Origin: a bacterium
Lineage (GTDB): Bacteria > Patescibacteriota > Minisyncoccia > JAHIHE01
NCBI GenBank assembly: GCA_030693205.1
Contig: JAUYBG010000010.1
Coordinates: 130,059-194,058, forward strand
Direction of reading: 5' to 3'
DNA length: 64,000 bases
Positions 57,207-64,000 of this stretch are shown piece after piece. Position 1 is the first letter of the stretch. Each line of letters opens with the position of its first letter. Below the pieces are notes generated by a model. The model made no database searches, was not told the origin of the DNA, and saw only the letters and a list, made by a program, of their open reading frames with translations. Position numbers and translations under genes: made by a program.

Positions 57207-58166
57207 TTATTTTATTAAATCCTCAATTGACTCATTAAAACGAATAAAAACATCATGTTCACCCAAACTCCTCTTGGCGCGGCTTACTTCCTCGCCACCC
57301 AACATTGAAACCACTTCGCACTCGCCATTGTGCTTACTATCCCACAAAAAATAGCACACTCCACCCTTAATTTCTACTCCGGGAAAACAATCTTCAGCGT
57401 TAGGGTGATCCACTAAAACTTTAAGTCTTTTGTCAGACAACATTCTGGCCCGAAAATCATTTAATCCCATACCGCCAGCAAACCATCTTGACGGAACAAT
57501 CATTGAAAGATAACGAGGATTAAGCTCCATCGCTGTTTCTATAAATTTTTGATAAATAGGCGTTGCTTGTGCGCCTACACCACCAGTATCTAATTGATAT
57601 GGAGGATTTCCAACAATGACATCAAATTTCATATTATTAAATAAATTATTTAAATGAATAAATTGATAAGCGTGACCTTCCAAACTTTCGCCTCTGCTTT
57701 GTATGCTTTCGGCGGCGCCGCAATAAATACATTTTTTATTTTCAAAAGTGTGTTTAATATTTTCATAAATGATATTGCCTTGTTCATTTTCAAATTTGAC
57801 GACAGAGTGCTTGCTGTTAGCCGACTTTGAATAATACAAAGATCTCCGAGACATTAAGCTGGTAATATCGGTGATTGCCAAACCATAAAGCATGTTTTTA
57901 AAAATATGCTCCCGTCTTTTGTTTTCATCCGGTATGGCTTTTTCCAACCCAGCCATCAATCTTTTGGCGCATTCACGCAAAAATATACCAGTCTTACAGG
58001 CAGGATCCAAGAATTTTAAATCAGGATTTTGCCAAACTTTGTCAGGCAAGAGATTAAGAATATTATTTGCAAGTTGCGGCGGTGTAAAAACTTCATCGCT
58101 GCTAAGATTAGCAATGCAATCTAAAATATCGGGCATTCTTTTTTTAAAAATATTATTTACGAGCAT
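57207..58166 (-). CDS. Gamma-class N6-adenine DNA methyltransferase (TaqI/Eco57I-like core)
   Basis: EVFTPPQLANNIL...FLDPACKTGIFL (X/I) and DVIVGNPPYQ (IV). Confidence 0.75.
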   Translation of the reverse strand: MLVNNIFKKRMPDILDCIANLSSDEVFTPPQLANNILNLLPDKVWQNPDLKFLDPACKTGIFLRECAKRLMAGLEKAIPDENKRREHIFKNMLYGLAITDITSLMSRRSLYYSKSANSKHSVVKFENEQGNIIYENIKHTFENKKCIYCGAAESIQSRGESLEGHAYQFIHLNNLFNNMKFDVIVGNPPYQLDTGGVGAQATPIYQKFIETAMELNPRYLSMIVPSRWFAGGMGLNDFRARMLSDKRLKVLVDHPNAEDCFPGVEIKGGVCYFLWDSKHNGECEVVSMLGGEEVSRAKRSLGEHDVFIRFNESIEDLIK

Positions 58167-58771
58167 AGTTTTAAATAATTACAGATTTTATAGTTCTTAA
58201 GAGGTTTTTGGGTATTAAACAAGGTATTAAATTCGTTTTTATTTTTTAATTGATCTGTTAATCTAAATTCTTGTCTTTTTAAATTTGGTCTTTTGCCAAC
58301 CGCATTATATTCGACCAAAATAATATCTTGAATTTTGTTCAGCATATCCCCAACAATAACATTTCTTTCCAATATCCAGTTTATTGAATTATAAAACCCC
58401 TCATTCGGCTTTTTAGTGTTAAACTTATATGAATAAAAATTCTTTATTTCATTAAGCATTCGCTCTCTCGCCTCTAAAACATTTTCTTCCGATATATCAA
58501 CGCCATAAATAGAAGCTACCGCTTTAACAACATAAAACTCGACATCAATTTGATTTTTATATTTCGCTTTAACTGTATCCAGCTTTCTTTTTAAAATAGC
58601 TACTAAAAAATTACCATTACCGCAAGACGGTTCCAGCAAGGTATTTTCGATATTTTCCGAAAGATATTTCACAAGATCTAGCATGGCATTCACTTCTTTG
58701 TCTGCGGTAAACACCTCAGCCAAATCTCGCACTCTTTCTTTAGATTTTATTATATTGGAAATATTCGCCAT
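58157..58771 (-). CDS. MTase-like paralog with degenerate motif IV (NPPY replaced by DMLN)
   Basis: Motif I EVFTADKEVNAML...LEPSCGNGNFL is conserved. The position aligned to DVIVGNPPYQ reads NVIVGDMLNK. Overlaps the next gene by 10 bp. Confidence 0.5.
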   Translation of the reverse strand: MANISNIIKSKERVRDLAEVFTADKEVNAMLDLVKYLSENIENTLLEPSCGNGNFLVAILKRKLDTVKAKYKNQIDVEFYVVKAVASIYGVDISEENVLEARERMLNEIKNFYSYKFNTKKPNEGFYNSINWILERNVIVGDMLNKIQDIILVEYNAVGKRPNLKRQEFRLTDQLKNKNEFNTLFNTQKPLKNYKICNYLKLCS

Positions 58772-59058
58772 ACTCTTATTTAATTAAATCATTAACACCG
58801 ACCTCAAGCGCTTTGGCGATTTTGGTCAGCGTTTCGATTGTTGGGTTCTGATTAACACCATTTTCAATTTTTACGATAGTATTGATCGATAAATCAGCAA
58901 GACGAGTTTTTATTGCTTTAATATTGTAATAATAGCTAATTTTAACGATTTTGTAAATAAAAATAGACCGTCTTGTGAACGGCTATCTTGAAAGAGATAA
59001 ATCTCGCTTGCAAAGGAGAGAGTAAGGAATGAGCCTCCGAACGAGGCTTTAAATCAAT

Positions 59059-59236
59059 TTTAGTGGACCTAGACAGAATCGAACTGTCGTCTCCGCAATG
59101 CGAATGCGGCGTCTTACCACTGGACTATAGGCCCAAATCCGCTGAAAGCGGATTAACCACATAACCAATAACTCATAACTAATAACAATTTGATTATCGG
59201 TTATGAGTTATCGATTATTAGTTATTTTGGTCGGGG
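59059..59236. repeat. Direct repeat B containing tRNA-Ala copy B and the spacer hairpin, abutting the tRNA-Pro 3' end
   Basis: See 51103-51285. Confidence 0.85.
59064..59134 (-). tRNA. tRNA-Ala (CGC), copy B (identical to copy A)
   Basis: Same sequence as 51107-51177. Confidence 0.85.
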
Positions 59237-59301
59237 TACTGGGAATCGAACCCAGTCTACATCCTCCCGAAGGACGCGTACTACCGGTATACTATACCCC
59301 G
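59229..59301 (-). tRNA. tRNA-Pro (CGG), CCA encoded
   Basis: C1:G72 acceptor CGGGGTA/TACCCCG, anticodon loop TTCGGGA, T-arm CTGGG-TTCGATT-CCCAG. Confidence 0.8.
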
Positions 59302-59325
59302 CTATTTCTATTCTAAAACAATTCT

Positions 59326-60837
59326 TCATTTTACACCAAAACGGCTCTTCTCCGCAAGCTCCACCTCCTCTTTTTTTTCTTCAATGACTTCCAAGCTTTT
59401 AGCTTTTAACTTATCCGGGCTTAACTTGGATAGTTCCTTAACTCTTCCGGTTAAATATTTTTTCGTATTCAGTTTCGGATCTTCCAGCACTTCCGCCAGC
59501 AAAACATTTAATATCGCGCCGATTATCGGGCTTGGCTTGATCTTAAGGATTTTTATTATATCATTGCCGTTTAGTTTAAGCATTTTTACGGAAATAGGAT
59601 CCCGGGAAACCTTATCAATGAGATATTCCAAATGCCTTAATTTATAAGGCTTGGCTTTGGGCACGCCGCTGCCCAAGCGATCGGCAATTCGGAGGTCAAT
59701 CAAATCTTTCAAATTTTCTTTTCCCGCTCTTTTTATCAATCGGCGAATGCCGGCTTCGCTCACTTCGTCCACATTATAGAAAAACATATGATTCCTGACC
59801 AAATGGCTGGTTTTCTCGATAGCTTCATTGGAAAATTTCAGTCGGGACAAAATTCTCTTAACCGCGTTTGCCCCCATAATATCATGGTTGTAAAAAGTAG
59901 CATCCAACCCTGCGCCTCTTTTAGCTTCAGGCTTGGCAATATCATGAAAAAGCGCCGCCAATCGCACTTCGAGCTTTTCACTCGGGCAATATTTCAGCGA
60001 GAGGATCGCATGCTCATAGATCGTATAGATATGGTGGCGATTTTGGCTTACACCAATGCCTTTTTCCAGCTCCGGTACAATATATCCCAAAAGTCCGGTT
60101 TCTTTCAGAAGTTCAACCCCTTCGGCCGGATATTCGGATAAAATTATCTTCGTAAATTCATCTCTGGTCCTTTCCAACGAAATCATCGCCATAGACTTAG
60201 AATGTTTTTTTATGGCGTTAAAGGTTTTTTCCTCGATTTTCCAGGAAAGCGGAGACAACTTGTCCTTAAAATCTTTATCCGCCAGCTGGCGGATTTTTCC
60301 CCCGACCGAACTAAGCTGGCAAGCAAACCGGATCGCCCGCGCGAGGCGCAAAGCATCTTCGTTAAATCTTTGGTCCGGATCGCCTACCGCCTTTATTATT
60401 TTTTTCTCAATATCTTCCGCTCCGCCAAAAGGATCGATAGTTTTCCCTTTAGCATTCATGGCAATCGCATTGATAGTAAAATCGCGGCGAGCCAGATCAT
60501 CTTCCAGCTTCCCGACGAATTCAACTTTTTCCGGCCAGCGCTTGTCCCGATAAGCGCCTTCGGTGCGGTAAGTAGTGATCTCAATTTCTTTTAGCGATTC
60601 TTTTTTTGCGCCCGTGACCGCTGTCACAGTACCGAATTTATTATTGCAAAAATTATGGGGAAAAATCTTCTGAATCTCTTCCGGCCTGGCATTGGTGGTA
60701 ATATCCCAATCATGCGGTCCGCCAGCTGGCGGATTTCCGGTCAATAAATCCCTAACGCACCCGCCGACGACAAAAGCCTCGAATCCGCCGGATTCAAGTT
60801 TTTTAATTATTGATTTTACTTCTGTGGGAATTTTCAT
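59326..60837 (-). CDS. cca: CCA-adding enzyme / tRNA nucleotidyltransferase with C-terminal HD domain
   Basis: GGCVRDLLTG...DWDITT head motif. HD region HDIAKP. Confidence 0.8.
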   Translation of the reverse strand: MKIPTEVKSIIKKLESGGFEAFVVGGCVRDLLTGNPPAGGPHDWDITTNARPEEIQKIFPHNFCNNKFGTVTAVTGAKKESLKEIEITTYRTEGAYRDKRWPEKVEFVGKLEDDLARRDFTINAIAMNAKGKTIDPFGGAEDIEKKIIKAVGDPDQRFNEDALRLARAIRFACQLSSVGGKIRQLADKDFKDKLSPLSWKIEEKTFNAIKKHSKSMAMISLERTRDEFTKIILSEYPAEGVELLKETGLLGYIVPELEKGIGVSQNRHHIYTIYEHAILSLKYCPSEKLEVRLAALFHDIAKPEAKRGAGLDATFYNHDIMGANAVKRILSRLKFSNEAIEKTSHLVRNHMFFYNVDEVSEAGIRRLIKRAGKENLKDLIDLRIADRLGSGVPKAKPYKLRHLEYLIDKVSRDPISVKMLKLNGNDIIKILKIKPSPIIGAILNVLLAEVLEDPKLNTKKYLTGRVKELSKLSPDKLKAKSLEVIEEKKEEVELAEKSRFGVK

Positions 60838-60941
60838 AATATATAGTATAGCACAATTTTTCCATTGACTAAAATGAAATTTTTGGATACTATACTTAAA
60901 TGAGATTAATATAGGATACGGTAAATATCGCGACTTGTAAA

Positions 60942-61014
60942 GGGCGGTTAGCTCAGTTGGTGGAGCACTTCATTTACACTGAAGGGGTCATAGGTTCGAG
61001 TCCTATACCGCCCA
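60942..61014 (+). tRNA. tRNA-Val (TAC)
   Basis: Acceptor GGGCGGT/ACCGCCC, D-arm GCTCAGTTGGTGGAGC, anticodon loop TTTACAC. Confidence 0.85.
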
Positions 61015-61057
61015 CATTAAAATAAAATTATTAAATTTTTAACTAAAATAAAAAAAT

Positions 61058-61468
61058 ATGGAAAATTTAATTCCAGTACCACCAAAAAAGAAAGATTTTT
61101 GGTCCGGATCTTTTGACAAAATAGAAACGAAAGAAGATGCATTGAAAGTCATAAAAGAGTTTTCGCATGGACTTTATTTTTTGGCGATTATTCATATTGC
61201 GGCATACTTTATTCTGGCAGTTCGGTTGGCAGTACTGCTTGATGGTATTATGTATGTAGTTTTAGCTTTCTTGCTTCATAAATTTAACAGTAAAATTGTA
61301 GCAATAATCCTTTTGCTGATTGGCATCGTCAATTTAATTGTTTTTGTAGTGGTTAAGGTTTACAATTACGACAATGTCGAGGGACCGCATCCGGTTCTTG
61401 TTTTTATTATAATCTATTTTAGCATTCGTGCTGTACAGGCAACTTTTAGATTACAAAAATTACAATAA
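61058..61468 (+). CDS. Hypothetical small membrane protein (3 TM)
   Basis: 136 aa, followed by the terminator hairpin aaaaccctgctttgcggggtttt (61539-61562). Confidence 0.4.
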   Translation: MENLIPVPPKKKDFWSGSFDKIETKEDALKVIKEFSHGLYFLAIIHIAAYFILAVRLAVLLDGIMYVVLAFLLHKFNSKIVAIILLLIGIVNLIVFVVVKVYNYDNVEGPHPVLVFIIIYFSIRAVQATFRLQKLQ

Positions 61469-61607
61469 TTTTAAACAGTGCGCCAGTTTCACTGACATAA
61501 AATTCGGAAGCAATGTACATAAAACTTCCACCAACTTTTAAAACCCTGCTTTGCGGGGTTTTAATAAACTTTATAAAGTTTATTAAAATTGACAAACTTT
61601 ATAAAGT

Positions 61608-62567
61608 TTGATAGTATTATGGTGTAAGCTTAAAAATATGACTATCCGAGAAAAATTGCAAATTATCCAGAAAGCGACCGGATTGACTCAAACCAAATTG
61701 GCCGATCGTTTTGGCGTGTCTTTTGTTGCTTTTAACAGCTGGTGGACCGGCAAATCTTCCCCCCGGCCGAAAATGCTGGCGGCAATCGATGAATTATTTT
61801 TAGAAGCAACCGGGCAGAAAATAGTTCCTACCGAACAACTAATTGCCAAAAAACAAATATTGGCTAAAAAATCCCGGGAACACAAAAATATAATTGCCGA
61901 GATATTGAAAAATCCGGATATTCGGGACACCTTCCTGTTAAAACTAACTTATAACAGCAACAGCATTGAAGGCAGTACCCTGACCGAGCTGGACACGGCA
62001 GCGATTCTTTTTGACAATGCCGCTTTGCCGAATAAAAGCATAACGGAGCATTTGGAAGCAAAAAATCATCAGACTGCTCTTAATTATCTTTTTGATTATC
62101 TGGCGCAAAAAGGCGCTATCAATGAAAATCTTGTTTTAAAGCTTCACGGTATTTTAATGAACGGCATTTATCCTGATGCCGGCGCATACCGCAATCATGC
62201 CGTCCGAATTCTTGGCGTTAACTTGTCAACCGCCAATTATTTAAAACTTCCGGATTTAATTCCTGCTATCATCAACGAAGCGGCTAAAAAAACTGATGAC
62301 ATTATCGCTTTGTCGGCCTCAATCCATAGCCGTTTTGAACAAGCTCATCCTTTTTCCGACGGCAATGGTCGAATTGGCCGGATTTTAATGTGCGCCATGC
62401 TTTTAAAAGCCAATTTGGCGCCGGCTATTATCAGGCAGGAAAATAAACGGCTTTATAGCGCTTATCTCTATAAAGCGCAAACCAAAAATGACACAAGCCA
62501 GCTTGAGGATTTTTTATGCGATGCGGTACTGGATGGATTTAAAGTTTTGGAACGAATTAATATATAA
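61608..62567 (+). CDS. Fic/Doc-family protein with N-terminal XRE-type HTH
   Basis: Fic motif HPFSDGNGRIGR. N-terminal HTH (LTQTKLADRFGVS). Followed by the terminator aaaaaccccgtttttgcggggttttt (62587-62612). Confidence 0.8.
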   Translation: MIVLWCKLKNMTIREKLQIIQKATGLTQTKLADRFGVSFVAFNSWWTGKSSPRPKMLAAIDELFLEATGQKIVPTEQLIAKKQILAKKSREHKNIIAEILKNPDIRDTFLLKLTYNSNSIEGSTLTELDTAAILFDNAALPNKSITEHLEAKNHQTALNYLFDYLAQKGAINENLVLKLHGILMNGIYPDAGAYRNHAVRILGVNLSTANYLKLPDLIPAIINEAAKKTDDIIALSASIHSRFEQAHPFSDGNGRIGRILMCAMLLKANLAPAIIRQENKRLYSAYLYKAQTKNDTSQLEDFLCDAVLDGFKVLERINI

Positions 62568-62622
62568 TAAAATTTCCACCGAATTTTAAAAACCCCGTTT
62601 TTGCGGGGTTTTTGCCAACTTT

Positions 62623-63668
62623 AGGTTTAATAGTAAATTTGTGAGGCTATTTCTTAAGTATTTCACATATCATCTTGTATCTTTTAGCTCTACTCATTCC
62701 TCGATGAATTCTCAACAAGGTTTTGAAATAGGAAAATGTTCCGTCTAAAGAATTGGTAGTATTGGGGATTTTTAATTTAGGATATTTCTGGTAAGTAAAA
62801 AGATAAGGCAAGTTTGTTTTTAAACTTCGATAGGCTGATCTTAATCTTTTGTGAGTGAAATATAGTCTTTGAGTTTCAGGATTGAATGATTTTTCTTGCA
62901 AAAAATCTTTCCATTTTTCATGCCACTTATTCAGTAATTCAGTAAATTCTTTTTCATTTGAAGTAGTCAATGATAAAGCAATGCTTCTTAACTCTTTACC
63001 TGCATCCAGTTTTGGTTTTCTGGTTAAATACCGATTGATAATAGCCACCTGATGAAATTGGCACATCTGCACAGGAAGATCCAGAAATACCTCTTTAACC
63101 CCTCTTTTACCGTCAATTACCACTCCTTTTAGAGTAAATCCTTGCTGTTCAATCTGAGTTCTTGCTTTCCAATAAATATCCGGAGTTTCAGTTGATACTT
63201 CTTTCCAATAAATATTTTTCTTTAAATTCGGTTCTCTAATTGCCACAACTCCATAGCTTCTTTCAAAAAAAGTAACATCGGCAATGATTACAACCGGTTG
63301 AGGATTTGGTAAATTATTAGGAGAAATTTTAACTGAATTTAATTGCTGGTTTATCCATTTCTTGCTTCTGTGATATTTTTCTGATAAATCTTTTAGAGTT
63401 TGTTTTTTACAAATATATTCTTTCCAAAGTTTATTTTGTAATCGGATTTTTCTTCGCTTGCTTTGAAATTGCAATCCGCATTTTGTGCATTTATATCGCT
63501 GTACCAGTCGAAATTTTCCATTCTTTTTTACATAACCGTTGCCGCATTTTGGACACTTTTTTTAAATGACATACTATAGATTTAAAATTAATTGTAAATT
63601 AAGTTAACTTTTAATCTACAGTATGCCATAAATTGAAGTTTTTAGCATCACAGATTTACTATTAAGCC
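62623..63668 (-). mobile_element. IS1-family insertion sequence, copy 2 (1046 bp, diverged)
   Basis: TIRs ggtttaatagtaaatttgtgagg (62623-62645) and cacagatttactattaagcc (63649-63668). No clear TSD. Confidence 0.75.
62647..63561 (-). CDS. IS1-family transposase, copy 2; start ambiguous
   Basis: Zinc finger KKCPKCGNGYVKKNGKFRLVQRYKCTKCG plus DDE region. Same AUG plus A7 arrangement (ATG at 63572..63570, A7 at 63563..63557) with the ORF in the -1 frame. Confidence 0.7.
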   Translation of the reverse strand, partial: KKCPKCGNGYVKKNGKFRLVQRYKCTKCGLQFQSKRRKIRLQNKLWKEYICKKQTLKDLSEKYHRSKKWINQQLNSVKISPNNLPNPQPVVIIADVTFFERSYGVVAIREPNLKKNIYWKEVSTETPDIYWKARTQIEQQGFTLKGVVIDGKRGVKEVFLDLPVQMCQFHQVAIINRYLTRKPKLDAGKELRSIALSLTTSNEKEFTELLNKWHEKWKDFLQEKSFNPETQRLYFTHKRLRSAYRSLKTNLPYLFTYQKYPKLKIPNTTNSLDGTFSYFKTLLRIHRGMSRAKRYKMICEILKK

Positions 63669-63684
63669 AAATTTTATAATATTT

Positions 63685-64000
63685 CTAAATTTCCACTGTT
63701 AAATTCGGACCAACAATCTCTGCTTTTATTCCGATATCGCTAATCAATTTCTGAAGCGCTTGCGACCCTTCCTGTTCGCCGTGATTCAAATAAACTTTTT
63801 TCGGCAAAGTTTTACCGCTAGCTAGCCAGCCGAGAAGTTTTTTCTGGTCGCCGTGAGCGGATAAAGCGCCGATCGCCTTGACTCGGCAATTCACCGGAAC
63901 TATTTTCCCGTCGACAGAAACCGGAGATTCGCCTTTCAAAATCCTCCGGCCCAAAGTGCCATTCGCCTGATAACCAATAATAAGCAAAGTGTTTTTTCTT
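63685..64000 (-). CDS. MBL-fold beta-CASP nuclease (RNase J/CPSF-like), C-terminal part only; gene continues past the window end
   Basis: LSAHGD (beta-CASP motif C) and LNHGEQ (terminal VHGE-type motif). Confidence 0.5.
   Translation of the reverse strand, partial: RKNTLLIIGYQANGTLGRRILKGESPVSVDGKIVPVNCRVKAIGALSAHGDQKKLLGWLASGKTLPKKVYLNHGEQEGSQALQKLISDIGIKAEIVGPNLTVEI

Overview
This 64-kb window is low-GC (about 35-38%) and gene-dense, and it looks like Patescibacteria/CPR-type bacterial DNA. No rRNA genes or CRISPR arrays were found. Coding is mostly on the minus strand up to about 39 kb and mostly on the plus strand after that. In order, the window contains:

- **1-3523: a complete diversity-generating retroelement (DGR).** A DGR-type reverse transcriptase (IGxxxSQ and YMDD motifs, 5'-truncated by the window edge) is followed by a 115-bp template repeat, an Avd four-helix-bundle gene, and a 554-aa GC-rich surface protein. 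The last 115 bp of that protein's coding sequence is the variable repeat. It differs from the template at 13 positions, 12 of them template adenines. The RT gene is on the opposite strand from the target/avd/TR unit.
- **3857-4872: a HEPN/MNT toxin-antitoxin pair** bracketed by roughly 50-bp direct repeats.
- **4952-9546: a polysaccharide biosynthesis cluster** (sugar phosphotransferase, two GT4 glycosyltransferases, a Wzz-like protein).
- **9611-10157: RNase P RNA (rnpB)** with an AT-rich expansion.
- **10333-20204: a Gram-positive-type type IV secretion-like cluster** (VirB4, PrgI/VirB3-like, VirB6-like), plus an ABC ATPase with an odd repeat tail and SPFH-family proteins.
- **20419-21396: ksgA/rsmA** carrying an in-frame tandem palindrome insertion.
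- **22166-23623: foldback/MITE-like elements and an IS1-family insertion sequence.** A second, diverged copy of this IS lies at 62623-63668. Both copies conserve an AUG plus A7 slippery run that puts the transposase in the -1 frame.
- **23658-31524: housekeeping and cell-wall genes** (uvrD-like helicase, LysM-CHAP hydrolase, a large secreted peptidase/beta-helix protein, a GH-like protein).
- **32258-36720: a defense island** with a controller-endonuclease-methyltransferase (C-R-M) type II operon (AIPR-like candidate endonuclease plus Dam-like MTase) and a second MTase+HNH restriction-modification (RM) pair.
- **36794-50869: core genes** (comM, lspA, DksA-like, dgt, infB, rbfA, nrnA, tRNA-Cys, tRNA-Leu, radical-SAM/YfhO/flippase trio).
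- **51103-59236: a 7.8-kb island bounded by about 180-bp direct repeats that each contain a full tRNA-Ala(CGC).** It carries a type III RM system (Mod+Res), an extra gamma-class MTase, a degenerate MTase-like paralog, a 514-aa unknown protein and a GC-rich hairpin-dense non-coding segment. tRNA-Pro is adjacent.
- **59326-64000:** CCA-adding enzyme, tRNA-Val, a Fic protein, the second IS copy, and a partial beta-CASP nuclease gene at the window end.
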